Shown here: positions 12,640 to 26,101 of the stretch, one piece after another
Layout of the letters: each line of letters begins with the position of its first letter
Position numbering within the stretch: position 1 is the stretch's first letter
Assembly (NCBI GenBank): GCA_951406725.2
Contig: OX597815.1
Location: 61,504,001-61,568,000, forward strand
Reading direction: 5' to 3'
Source of the DNA: Octopus vulgaris
Taxonomy: Eukaryota
DNA length: 64,000 nucleotides
Notes under the pieces: generated by a model
Databases searched by the model: none
Told to the model about the DNA's origin: nothing
Seen by the model: only the letters and a program-made list of their open reading frames with translations
Program-made: the position numbers and the translations under genes

Positions 12640-13385
12640 TTCCAAATACAACAAATTCCAGAAGTAGACGTATTAGAAACAAGCGTATGAAAACCAGTGC
12701 TAAAACTGCTGCCTTAGATATTCTTTATGATAAATGGCAAGAAAAACCTCTCAATGCCAAATACTCAAAGAGAGCTGATAATGCCGGTGTTGACAAAGCC
12801 CTTAGCCATCAATGTTTAATGGTTTCTGGCTTAAAATCTGAAACAGAAGGGTTTATTATAGCAGCCCAAGATAAATGCCTACCTACAAGAAACTACAAGA
12901 CCAACATAGTAAAGAACGGTAGCTTCCCAACATGTGTATGTCAACAACAAAATGAAACCATTGATCATCTTGTCTCCATGTGCAGTCTTCTTGCGCCTAC
13001 AAAGTATCTCAGCAGGCATGATAGAGTAGCACAATATATTCACTGGGTAATTTGCAAAAACCTGGACCTACCTCATGATAAAAACTGGTGGGAACACAAA
13101 CGATCTTCAGTGCTTGAAAATGATCACATCTCACTCCTCTGGAACTTCACGATTCAGATTGACAGAAAGATAGATGCAAATAGGCCAGACATTATATTGA
13201 AATACTTCAGACAAAAATCATGCCTCCTCATTGATATGACTGTCCCAATTGACATAAATGTATTTGTCAAGACCTACCAAAAACTGAGCAAGTACAAAGA
13301 TCTTCAAATAGAAATTGGCAAAATGTGGAATAACAATACCTATTGTCATAGGTGTCCTAGGAATGATAGCAAAGGGGGCTGATTT
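12640..13385 (+). mobile_element. R4/Dong-like RLE LINE fragment (Zn knuckle plus RLE)
   Basis: ORF 12687-13382: ETEGFIIAAQD, C-VC..ETIDHLVSMC (CCHC), RHDRVA, LLWNF..D....NRPDII...LID. Confidence 0.85.
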
Positions 13386-13540
13386 GGTTAGTCGAATACA
13401 TGAACCGAGAGTGCAAACAAAACTTATTTTATTGATCCCAGTGATTTAAAAGACTGAATTGACCTTTACATGATTTGAATTCAGAACACAGAGAGCTGGA
13501 AGAAATACCGCAAGGCACTTTATCCCGAAGCTCTACAGAT
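13386..13540 (-). mobile_element. decayed CORE-type SINE
   Basis: Reverse complement resembles the SINE at 48211-48440 (B-box GAATTCAAATC, CORE-like segment). Confidence 0.55.
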
Positions 13541-13779
13541 ACCTGTGACCTCTTCACCCAATAATCATACGAAACAATAGAATTTCTACACACCATAAAT
13601 TCTTTCAATCCCAGAACTTGTCTCCTCTACGTCAATTATTTTTATTTCCTCTTCCTTTAACATGGCTCCGAAGATGATCTTGGATATCCAAATTTGCTTG
13701 AAATATTTCATGATATTCTCTACACAGGATTCATGGAGGGAGGTTGTTCACTGACAGTGACCCTTCTCTTTCTCTCTTA

Positions 13780-14040
13780 AAGAATTCGCAGCCAAAATAA
13801 CAGATTCCGTCATCGATATCTATCGTTTGTAACACTCTCGATTTCGCTTGCTTGAATGCTGCAAAGTGTGCAGTTCCACTTCATGACGTCTCTAAATCTG
13901 GATTGTGACCTTCTATGTGAACGATCTCTTGTTGCCAGTTCAGAATAAGATATATCTTCATTGTCCATCCATTGCACAAGGCCAATTTATCGTAAATGAC
14001 GATCACGTCGAATTTTTTTTACTAGTTTTTGGCCATTTAC
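13780..14040 (-). mobile_element. old RTE LINE 3' fragment
   Basis: Degenerate minus-strand translation ..GLVQWMD..ISYSELATRDRSHRRSQSRFRDVMK..NDRYR resembles the RTE C-terminus. Confidence 0.45.
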
Positions 14041-15395
14041 GTGTTGATCTTATTTTGTTCCTTTTCCCTTAAAGCGAGCGAAGTTTTTATTGGTGGAACT
14101 ATTGAAATTGTTCAAGGAGACGACGATATAGAATCCATGTCTTAGGTATAAAGACATGTGATGATAATTGCTCGGCGGTTGTCTGGACAATGTGGTTCTG
14201 GACTCTTTCATAACTTCCCCTACACAGCATGAGATGAATGCAACCAGTTGTCGATGGCCGCATTGAAAAGCAAGGTATGGAAGGCAGGACAATTTCTTGT
14301 GTGTGTGTATGTTTGTATGTATATGCATGAATGTGTTTAGATATATATATATATATGTATGTATGTATGTATGTATGAATTGTGTGTGTGTGTGCGTGTG
14401 TGTGAGTGTGTGTGTGTGTGTGTATGTGTACGAATGTGTCTGAGCGTATTTTCTTCGAGATTCCACATTCCCCTCTGCAGAATCCTGTCCGATCGCTAAC
14501 AGACTGACAAGGTTCTTTTTTTTTTGTCAAGATAGTTCTTAGAGAATGTGAATATCTAAATTAGTTGTTGTATGTATGTATGTCCACGTATCGTGTGTAT
14601 TCGTGCGAGTGTGCATATGTGCGTGTATACACTTTCACATGTGTAGTGTATGTGCATCTCCCTTTAGTATACACACATGTGCGTGTGTGCATGTGCTTCC
14701 TTATTGTTTATGCACGTACATGTGTGTGCATATTCCATATATACCTATGACTGCGTTCGGGCTAGGAACTTCAAATAGGGAGAGTAAGATAGTTTTAAAA
14801 AATACAAAGAAAAACAAAAAAGATTTTTTAAATGTAAAAGAATGTAAGGTGGCAACTTTTTCATCGATGTATAGCTGTGTTACATCGTAGGATTTATCTC
14901 TCAGTGGACAGAAAAAAAATAGGACCCCAATTTCTTTTTCTCCCGACAGAGATAAAACCAGTGGTATAACCCCGCTTTTGTTTTACTGTTGAATGTTTAT
15001 TAAAAGAGTTTCACTTTCCATTTATATTTACAAATTATCCTCAAATACTGGGGTGTGAACTTGGAATTAATTAGAAATTCTAAGAACGAAAAAGAACACA
15101 GAAACAAAGGAATTACAACAATATGGCTATGGAAGAGGCTCGTTGTATCTCAAGAGATGGCAAAGAATGTGGTTGTTAGACCTGGGAAGTTATTGTTGCA
15201 ATTGTTCTTGTTGCTATTCTAAATGATAATGCTGATAATACTCATATCATTGTTGTTATTGCTATTGTTGTTGTCGTGGCTCTTTTCTCTTGTTTTCGTT
15301 GTTGCTGTTGTTGTTGTTACTATTTATATGGTTTTTGCAGTTGACGTTCTTCTGCTTCTTTCCTTCGCTCTTAAATTCGTTCGTCTTTTTGCTCA

Positions 15396-15427
<32 letters not shown>

Positions 15428-15843
15428 TCGCCATCGTTGTTATAATCGCTATTATTATTGTTTGTTTTCATTCCGCTATTTTTGTTGTTGTTGTTACAAT
15501 TTATCAATACCGCTCTGCTTTTCTTATATTGTTGTTTTGTTACCCTCTGTGCTGCTGTTGCTGCTGCTGTTGCTGCTGCTGCTGTTATTGCTTCTGTTGC
15601 TGCTGCTGTTGCTTATATAGTTTCCTTTCTTGTTATTGCTGTTTTTCTTGTTGCAGTTGTGTGTTTCTCTTATAACACTTTTCTTTTCTTTTTCCATTTG
15701 TTCTCGTTGCTGTCAACTCGTGTTTGTTCTCATTGTTGCTGTCGATGATAATGATGATAATGATAATGAGGATGATGATGAGGATGATGATGAGGATGAT
15801 GATGAGGATGATGATGATGACGACGACAACGACGGCGGTGTTG

Positions 15844-15875
<32 letters not shown>

Positions 15876-16122
15876 GGTGGTGGTGATATCAATACTACTG
15901 CTGCAGTCGTTACTCATTCCTTATGTTGGTGTTGTACTTGTTGTTGATGTTGCGCTTCTTCGTGTTTTTCTTGTTATTTGTTGCCATTGTGGTTATTGCT
16001 GTTATTGTTGTCGTCGCTGTCATCGTCATCATTGTGACTATTACTACTACTGGTGCTGTTATGGATATTGTTACTGAAGATATTTTGTTGCTGTTGTTCA
16101 TACAATTGCTACACTCCCTATT

Positions 16123-16196
<74 letters not shown>

Positions 16197-16422
16197 TGTT
16201 GTTGTTGTTTCTGAGATGATGTCTGCAACCGCTGTAGTGTTGCAGTAGGAAATGGTTTTAAGTAGATTGTAAATAGACTGTTTCTTGGCACGCAATATCA
16301 TGCGCACACACACACACACACACGCACGCACACATACACACACGCGCGCGCGCACACACGCAAACATGTCCATATATGTATATATATATTTGTGTCTGTG
16401 TGTATTTATATATGTATGCATG

Positions 16423-16464
<42 letters not shown>

Positions 16465-16505
16465 ATATATAAATACGCGTATGTATGTTGTGTATATATA
16501 TACGC

Positions 16506-16549
<44 letters not shown>

Positions 16550-16572
16550 AAAAAATATAAAAACATATCTAA

Positions 16573-16604
<32 letters not shown>

Positions 16605-16707
16605 CATTTTTTGTATATTTTCGTATATTTACTAACCTATATGCTTATATACATGCATGCGCATATGTGTGTATAATATACATACATACGTACACACATA
16701 CAACATG

Positions 16708-16739
<32 letters not shown>

Positions 16740-16801
16740 CTGTATGTATATATATATATATATGCATATCTATCTATTATATATATATATATATATATAT
16801 G

Positions 16802-16847
<46 letters not shown>

Positions 16848-17404
16848 AGACTTACTTATATGAGTGTATGCACTATGCACACTTATGCACGCATATCGTG
16901 ACTTAGATAGACTAACATCAATACTAAATGACATACCTGCACGAATGCAGACACATGTAATACACAGTTACATACTGTGACATACATAGAAACGTGAATA
17001 CACGCGCGTTCGCGCATATTTGAAGAGCAGAAGTATGCAAAAGTAGATGGATTTCGGTCGGTTTCGACAGTGAGCACCACCTATTCATTGAATTAGCAAG
17101 TGACTGGTTGAGTATTCCGTAAATTCGTGAACGGATAACTTCTTCCTCGGGCTGAGTCAACGTGACCAAGTGTGTAACATGGCTGATTTCGAATTACAAA
17201 GACAACCCATCCGATGGTCTACCTAATTTCATTCACATGACTTGGGTTCACACTAGTTTATGACAAATAAAACTTGTCCAAAATGTCACGCAGTTGAAGT
17301 GAATTCAACCACGTGATTTGGGAGTGAACATCCTAAACAATCCGTTGCCTGCGAAGAAAATATATATTTATGCTTCGTTTACGCTTATATATACACATAC
17401 AGAC

Positions 17405-17570
17405 AGGTGCAGGAGTGACTGTTTGGTAAGAAGCATGCTTCCCAATCACATGATTCTAGGTTTAGTCTCATTGCTTGGCACCTTGGGAAAGTGTCTTCTA
17501 CTACAGCTTCGGGCAGACCAAAGTCTTATTAGTGGATTTGGTAGACGCAAACTGAAAAAAAACCGTTGTA
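17405..17570 (+). mobile_element. tRNA-derived SINE (5' part)
   Basis: GGTGCAGGAGTGACTGTTTGGTAAG (A-box region), a degenerate B-box and the family body CACCTTGGGAAAGTGTCTTCTACTA. Many related copies in the window. Confidence 0.75.
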
Positions 17571-17574
17571 CACA

Positions 17575-17745
17575 CACACACACACTCGTATAGAAAAATA
17601 CATATATATATATACGACGGGCTTCTTTCAGTTTCCGTCTTATGAGTTCACTCACAGGGCTCTGGTCAGCCCGAGACTATACTAACAGATACTTGCCTAA
17701 GGTGTCACGCAGTGGGACTGAACCCAGCACCATGTGGTTGGGAAG
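17575..17745 (-). mobile_element. tRNA-derived SINE, head-truncated; inverted twin of 19809-19970
   Basis: Same family on the minus strand. Shares truncation point and private variants with the copy at 19809. Confidence 0.75.
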
Positions 17746-17889
17746 TATGTATGTATGTTTTTCTTCTGTTTTTTAATCATTTAAATTCTTCCTCTGAAGA
17801 AGGAGTTGGTTTCTGACAAAAATGCAAAGCTCCATCTTTGGAATGCAGATAACGAAAACAATGTCACATTTTAAACCCAAGGAAAGTGC

Positions 17890-18560
17890 CGTGATGCAAC
17901 CGTAAATGTAGATTATGGCATATTTCTGTGGAAGACATCAAGCACGTGATTAACAGCAGCCCGAAAATGTCATCAAGGTACTACCTCCCTATGCGACATG
18001 ACATTGTCGCAGAAACAATATACAATGCCATTCGGAAAAAGACTGTCTTGGAATAAATATAGAGAATCCCCCTGTTATCGAATACTTACACAAATACCAG
18101 TACATTTCCATCAAAACAAGTGTGAACATAACGTGCCGTATATTGTTTTGGACAGACAAGAAAAAGTATGTACCGTCATAGAGGTCAGCTGTCCTGCTGA
18201 TGTGAATATCTTTTTGAAAATCAAAGAGAAAGAAGATAAATGTGGATAACTGCTTCGAAACCTCCGGCTTCTATATCCGAATTACAAATTTACATTTATA
18301 CCAATAATAGTTGGAGCACTTGGTTTTGTAAGTGAATGCCTAACTCTCAGTCTAGATAAGCTTGAAAAAAGAAATCATCGAACTGATTCGCACATCACAA
18401 ATACAATCTGTAAGCAGAACAGTAAAACTATGCAAGACATTTTTCAGGTTTAAAATGTGACATTGTTTTCGTTATCTTCATTTCAAAGATGGAGCTTCCT
18501 ATTTTTGTCAGAAACCAACACCTTCTTCAGGCGAAGAATTTAAATGAATAAACAAAGAGA
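17890..18560 (+). mobile_element. RLE-type LINE 3' fragment with (CATA)n tail
   Basis: CRLWHISVEDIKHV, RHDIVA, HNVPYIVLDRQEKVCTVIEVSCPAD, FIPIIVGALG, KLCKTFFRFKM*, then a UTR and (TACA)n. Confidence 0.75.
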
Positions 18561-18578
18561 GAGACATACATACATATA

Positions 18579-18612
<34 letters not shown>

Positions 18613-18626
18613 CATACATACATACA

Positions 18627-18653
<27 letters not shown>

Positions 18654-18657
<4 letters not shown>

Positions 18658-19735
18658 GTATAAAAAATATATATAAAAATACAAAATGGGACAAGAACGC
18701 AAAACATTCAAAGAGACGACACGAAAAACGGACGGGTCATTCGAAGCCTCTAATCTTCAGTCAAGAACCGGATCATCCTCCGAAATTGCGAGGATGATCC
18801 GGTTCTTGACTGAGGATTAGAGGCTTCGAATGACCCGTCCGTTTTTTGTGTCGTCTCTTTGAGTGTTTTACGTTCTTGTCCCATTTTGTATTTTTATATA
18901 TATATATTTTATACATATATTATTGCGGCGTAACGTACATATTGTTCTCTTATGTATGTAAGCATTCCACTATTGTACGACTTCTATACACACTTTCTCT
19001 ATACTTCACTAGTCTCTGTCTTTCTCTTTTCTTGCCTCTGATTCTTTGGTTTCCTCTTCCCCCACTCTCACTTTTCTCTGTCTTTCTCACTTTACACCTC
19101 ACTGATTCTTGGCACGCTCTCTTTCTTCTCCCCTCTTTAATTCCTACTTTCTCTCTCTTCTCCCCCCCCCTGTTGCCTTTGTCCCTCTTTTTCTCTCTCT
19201 CTTTGATTCCTTTGCCCCCTTTTATTATCTCTCTTCTCCTCTCACGTGACCGCCGGTCAACTAGCCTTTCGGCTTCTGACCACCGCCACGACAACATCGA
19301 ATTCTTCGTCTGCCGCCAAGGCATTTTTTTCCAAATACGCCAACTAAGCTAAGTTGAACTGTCTAAAGTCGTAAGACACCCGCTGTTTTTCTCCTGTTAT
19401 TACTATTATTGTTTTTTGTAATTATATTCGTTTGGCATCGTCCGTTTTTCTGTCCTTGTTTCGTATACATTCGATCCTTTTTCCAAGAAATCTAATGATC
19501 GTAGCTTAGTTTTTCCTTGGGGCTGGCCGGATCGGAGCGATCTCAAGATTAATCAGCCGAAATTGCGAGGATGATCCGGTTCTTGACTGAAGATTGAAGG
19601 CTTCGAATGACCCGTCCGTTTTTTGTGTCGTCTCTTTGAGTGTTTTACGTTCTTGTCCCATTTTGTATTTTTATATATATTTTTTATACATATATTATTG
19701 CGGCGTAACATACATCTTGTTCTCTTATGTATGTC
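18654..19735 (+). mobile_element. non-coding PLE-like element with terminal direct repeat and 5' inverted segment
   Basis: CCGAAATTGCGAGGATGATCC... at 18780 recurs at 19557 (period 777). 18654-18780 is the reverse complement of 18790-18918. A second copy lies at 31545-32462. Confidence 0.65.
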
Positions 19736-19808
19736 TACATACATACATACATACATACATACATACATACATACATAAATACATACATACATACACGCAT
19801 ACATTTTT

Positions 19809-19995
19809 CCCAACCACATGGTGCTGGGTTCAGTCCCACTGCGTGACACCTTAGGCAAATATCTGTTAGTATAGCATCGGGCCGACCAGAGCCCTGTGAG
19901 TGGACTCGGTAGACGGAAACTTAAAGCAGTCCGTCGTATATATATGTATATATCTATACGTGTGTGTCTTTGTGTCTGTGTTTCCCCATCACGCT
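19809..19995 (+). mobile_element. tRNA-derived SINE, head-truncated
   Basis: CCCAACCACATGGTGCTGGGTTCAGTCCCACTGCGTGACACCTT, with B-box GGTTCAGTCCC. Confidence 0.75.
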
Positions 19996-20620
19996 TGTTT
20001 TTGTTGCTGTTGTTTAGCAAGTGCTGTCTGAGAGAGACCATGCGACGTTCAAAGGCTGCCTGCACTGATCTCAAGCCCTTACCTCTTTTATTTCTTCTTA
20101 GTTAGAGCCTGGTGATATCACTATTTCTATAGAGATTTCCAGTTGATGTTGGGATCTTGCGGGTTCTAATTTCTATGGAGTGGATTTCTTCTACAGACCA
20201 GTCAAATATACTAAATGTTGGAAGAGGAGACTTCGGACTGCTATATTTTTCTTAGCCTGGTGTAATATTCATGGATCGGTCTATCTATATCCACAGTACC
20301 TTGGTATGATATAGTTTAGTCAACGCCAAGATACTCGTAGCATTTCTTTTTGTGTGCCAGGGGAGATAGTGAGACCATTGATGCACAGGTTTTGTGTGTG
20401 GAAGACTGATTTTCCCCATTCAACAATTAAATAAGAACATTTCTTCTGGCCAAATTCCATTCCTACGTCAGCTGAAAATGTTATTAATTCCAGTTGTTTT
20501 TTGGCATTGCTAACATTTTTAGCATGAATCTTAAGGTCATCCACAAAAAAATTATGGGCTACATTAATATCTCCTGCAGTTGCAGACCCTAGCACATAGC
20601 CATTTGTATTTTACATGAAG
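19995..20620 (-). mobile_element. RLE-type LINE reverse transcriptase fragment
   Basis: HNFFVDDLKIHAKN...SADVGMEFGQKKC and ..KGLRSVQAAFERRMVSLRQHL; frameshifted. Confidence 0.7.
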
Positions 20621-20704
20621 CCAATGTAGTTTCTCCCGGTACTGTTCAGCAACTAGCTTTGCTTTACAAACAACCGCCTCATATATGTATATTTTTTTTC
20701 TTTC

Positions 20705-20988
20705 ACCTTTTACTGGTCTCACTCATTAGACTGCGATCATAAGAACTTTTAATGGAACGAATAGACTCTAGTACATAATTTTTCTTAAAGCCTTATTCTA
20801 TAAGTCTCTTTTGTCGAACCGCTACGTTACAGGGATATAAATACACCAACACCGGTTGTCAAGCTGTGGTGGGGAACAAACACTGAGACAAAGACACAAA
20901 CACACATATATAAATGTGTTTGTATGTGTGTGTGTGCGTGTGTATGTGTGTGTGTGTGTGTATGTGTTTGTGTGTGTGTGTGTGTGTA

Positions 20989-21067
<79 letters not shown>

Positions 21068-21220
21068 GTACGACGGGCTTCTTTCAGTTTCTGTCGGTCA
21101 AATCCACTCACAAGCCTTTTGTTGGCCTGAAAGTATAGTAGAAGACACCTGTGTAAGGTGTCACGCAGTGTTACTGAACCCCAGATCATGTGGTAAAGAA
21201 GCAAACTTCTTACCGCACAG
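20705..21220 (-). mobile_element. tRNA-derived SINE, near full length, with internal (CA)n
   Basis: Head near 21220, body, internal TG microsatellite and 3' part TTGACAACCGGTGTTGG...GGTTCGACAAAAGAGAC. Confidence 0.7.
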
Positions 21221-21584
21221 CATATTTACATAAAAATATTCGTTCTTTCGCACAAATACTATTTGCGGTTTCATGTGTATTTCTGTGTTTATACATCCAT
21301 ATACATACGTAAATAGAATATCTAATTGCTAAATACATACACACATTTTACTATGTATGTGTACGTATAAAAATATGCCTGTAAAGTAATTTTAAAACGT
21401 ACCCATACAAACATGCGAACATACTCCTTAACCTTTTAGCTTTTCCAGCAAATGGCTTATAAGTGTGTATACGTTCATATATATAATACACATCTAGATA
21501 AACATAGACACACACACACACACGCATGAATATACGTATATATACATACATATATAAATATATATGTATATGTACATGTATATG

Positions 21585-21740
21585 TGGCAGTGTGGTAAGA
21601 ATTTTGCTTCCTAACCATATGGTTTCGGGTTCAGTCCCGGTGTGTGGCATCTTTGACAAGTGTCTTTTACTATAGTTTCGGGCCGTTCAAAGCCTTGTGA
21701 GTTAATTTAGTAGATGGAAACTGAAAGAAGCCTGTCGTAA
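21585..21740 (+). mobile_element. tRNA-derived SINE (5' part)
   Basis: TGGCAGTGTGGTAAG...GGTTCAGTCCC...GGAAACTGAAAGAAGCC. Confidence 0.7.
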
Positions 21741-21752
21741 TACACACGCACG

Positions 21753-21788
<36 letters not shown>

Positions 21789-22078
21789 TGTTGCCATGAA
21801 TTAAGACATACTACACCACCTCCAAAACATTAAAGCGGCTAGTTGACTTATTAGCCAACAAGAAGACTCACAAACTTCCTACTCATCCCTTTCTGACCAC
21901 AGACCTACTATGCCCTTTCCTTGTTCTTTTGCACCGAAACAGCTGTAGCTTTTGTTCTCCCGGAACAGCTGATTTGTACCACCATTTATCAAATACTCCA
22001 GACTCTGTCTTCCCTCACCACTTGTCATCCATATTGCCCTCAACATTGTGTCATCCCCCTCGATTGATACAAACCCTA

Positions 22079-22133
<55 letters not shown>

Positions 22134-22939
22134 GGTGGTGGTGGTGGTTGTGGTCGTGGGTGAGGTGGTGGCTATAGTAGTGGTGGTTAATGTTGTGGTG
22201 GTAGTGATAATGATAGTGGTGATGCTGAAGTTGACGATTATGATAATCATGATGATGTAAATGTTGGTGATAATCATCATGTCTATATGAAACAGACCCA
22301 AGCCAATCAGGTCAATCAGACCTATGACATTCCATCCATGACATCCCACAAATTTCTTCTTCGTTCTCATTGTAATTATTTTCTTTCTTCTTATCATTGA
22401 TGTCCTCGTCAATCATTGTGAACAATACCCACCTCACATCCTCCCGCGCACCATTACAACAATCACCACAACAATAAACATCATCATCATCATTATCGAC
22501 GTCGTCGTCGTCTCTTGGACGTCGTCTTCATTATCAACATTTATATCACGATAGCTGTCGTCGTCGTCCTACTTCTCATCATCATCATCATCATCTTCTA
22601 TATTATTACCACACCATCAATCATATCCTTTCAAAATCACCACCAACAACAACAACAACAACAGCAATAACAGCAACAACAACAGCACTACAACATCCAC
22701 TACCACCATAATACACAAATACCAATATCTTTAACTCAATCATCACAACCACCACCACTACTACAACCACTACCATCACCACCGTAGTCATATTTTTACC
22801 AGTTAGTGTGAACAATATGTACATGTGTGTGAGTATGTATGTGTGTATATATTTATGTGTGTATGTACGTGTGCGCATGCATATATATATGTAGACATAT
22901 ACACATATATACATATATATATATGTGTGTGTGTGTATG

Positions 22940-22981
<42 letters not shown>

Positions 22982-23112
22982 CATATATATTCATACATAT
23001 ATATATATGCATACATAAATACACATACACTTATATACATGTATATATATATATATATATATGAATGTATATGTATATACATAGACACACACTACCACAC
23101 ACACACACACAC

Positions 23113-23143
<31 letters not shown>

Positions 23144-23647
23144 CGTACATATATGCATAAATATATATAAAGTATGTGTGTATGTATGTGATAAAGTTAT
23201 ATGTATAATATGTATGTATGTATATATATATATATATGTGTGTGTATGTATATACATAGACACACAGACACATATACATGATGTATATGTATGTATCATA
23301 CATGTGCACTCATATATATATATGAAAGTATGTATGCATGTATTTATTTATTGACAGACTCATATACACATGCATATATACTTCTGTTCCTTTGAAGTGA
23401 TGTAATCAGTAATTAAGAAGTAACGAAATTTTCGCCATGTTGTATTATGGGATTGAACAACAACAGCAATAACAACAGTAACAGCAACAACAATAGAGTG
23501 AAACAATAAATTAAGGGGATGTGGGGAGAGAGAGAGAAGAGGAATACATGGAATATAGAGAGAGGGGAGGCTTTGATTAGACACGAAGCATAAAACAACA
23601 CAGAATAACATCATATGAAAAAGTTTCGTGTCACGTCATTTAAGTTC

Positions 23648-23701
<54 letters not shown>

Positions 23702-23744
23702 ATACATACATACATACATACATAGTGTATATATACACACATAC

Positions 23745-23777
<33 letters not shown>

Positions 23778-23892
23778 CGTAAACTTATTTATATACATAT
23801 ACATATATATATATACACATATTTCTATGAATACCTGTATTATTTAAAATGAAACAATGTCTGTGTGCTTATGTATATACATACATATATAC

Positions 23893-23948
<56 letters not shown>

Positions 23949-24036
23949 AATATATATATATATATGTTGATACATTGAATGCGCGTACATATACACAAAT
24001 ACTTGTATTTATGTAGGTATTCAAGCGTACATATAC

Positions 24037-24096
<60 letters not shown>

Positions 24097-24393
24097 ATGT
24101 GCGTGTGTATGTGTTTGATAAATGTATGTTTAAAAGCTTGGTGTGTGGAAAGGGGCATGAGATATGTCAGTATGTACATTTATATGTGTGTGCGTTTATA
24201 TATAGTGCAGAGAGCGTAGGAGGAAGGAGATGCAGAGAGATAGATAGATAGAGAGAGAGAGTGACCCAGGGAGATATACACACATAGATTATATACATAT
24301 AACAATATACAGGCGTGCGCACGCACGCATACACACATATACTCACACACGCACACACACATATATATGTAAAACACGTACATATATATACTG

Positions 24394-24437
<44 letters not shown>

Positions 24438-24659
24438 AATACACCCTCTCCTCCAACACACACACGACAAATTCAACATGGCGTCGTCAGTAACAACATC
24501 AAAGACACACCTAACAGAAACAAACCGATAGATGCCGTGTTCAGCGCAGCAGCAAACTGATCGCGTGTTTGTGTGTGTATATATATATGCATATACATAT
24601 ATATTTTCATATATATATATATGCATATACATATATATTTTCATATATACATATATATA

Positions 24660-24699
<40 letters not shown>

Positions 24700-24730
24700 T
24701 ATATATATATGAAAATATATATATATATGC

Positions 24731-24762
<32 letters not shown>

Positions 24763-24966
24763 GTATATATGTGTGCGTGTGAATTTGTGTGCATGTGTGA
24801 GTGTGTGTGTGCGTGTGGTATTGTTTTAGTTCTTGTTTATGTTTTTTTTTCCTATTGTTGATTTGTTTCTATTACCGCCATTGCTATCCATGGCGATCTG
24901 TATGTATACTGTTATTGTTGTTGTTTTAAGTTATTATTACTGTTGTTGTTATTGCTGTTGTCGAGT

Positions 24967-24998
<32 letters not shown>

Positions 24999-25424
24999 TA
25001 TTATTATTACTGCAAATTTCTTCTTGTGATTATTGTTATTCTTTGAGAATGGTGGTGTTGTGTCACTTATTGTTATATTTGCCTTGTTGTTGCTGTTGTT
25101 GAATGAAGACAGTGTTATGATTATTGTTATCGGCTCTGTTAGTGCTACTCTTGCAGTTGTTGTCGATGTTATTCTAAATGTTTGTTTTTATTGTCGTTGC
25201 TATCATTGTTGTTGTAGTTGTTGCTGTTATTGCATTGTTATGTATTTTCAGTTATTGCTGCTATCGATGATGATGATGATGATGATGATGAGGATGATGA
25301 TGATGATGATATTGTTGCTCTTTCTGTTTTATATTTTGAATAGTTGTTGTTATTGGTATTGCTATCATATTTTCTGGTGTTGCTCTTCTTGTTTTTCCTG
25401 CTGTTATTGTGTTACAGTTGTTTC

Positions 25425-25481
<57 letters not shown>

Positions 25482-25534
25482 CATCATCATTATCATCATC
25501 GTCGTCGTCGTCGTCGTCATCATCAACATCATTA

Positions 25535-25856
25535 CCGAGTGAGTGAGCAGTGCATGCCATCAAAGTGACACTGGAGTAAATGTACGAAGCACACTATACC
25601 CATCATGACTACCCCGTGTGATAAAGGTATACCAAGCACATGCATCACAACAATATATTCACGACATGGTGATCTCATATCAAGATAAACAGCGCATGAC
25701 CTTGCAGGTGGGGCCCAGTTAGAATTTTCTTCTGGTCGAGTAGCTCATCCCGCTCAAAAGGTCTCTGAATAAGGATTGTTTAAGGATGCTGAACAAACCA
25801 CCCATGTTTCCAGATGTGAATATTCCAAACCCCAAAGAATTCCTCTCAACACGGGG

Positions 25857-25857
<1 letters not shown>
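25535..25857 (-). mobile_element. second copy of the 12080-12625 repeat
   Basis: TGCCATCAAAGTGACACTGG...GACCTTGCAGGTGGGGCCCAGTTAGAA...CTCTCAACAC is the reverse complement of about 12320-12620. Confidence 0.7.
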
Positions 25858-25940
<83 letters not shown>

Positions 25941-25988
25941 CATCATCATTATTATTGCCTCCTACATACAATTAACAACAACAACAGC

Positions 25989-26078
<90 letters not shown>

Positions 26079-26101
26079 TGTAATAGTAATAGTAATAATA
26101 A

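Noticed and set aside
18846-19352. Overlapping 124-168 aa ORFs in the non-coding PLE-like element
   Set aside because: Low-complexity CT/GA composition, and the frames are not preserved in the second copy at 31545-32462.
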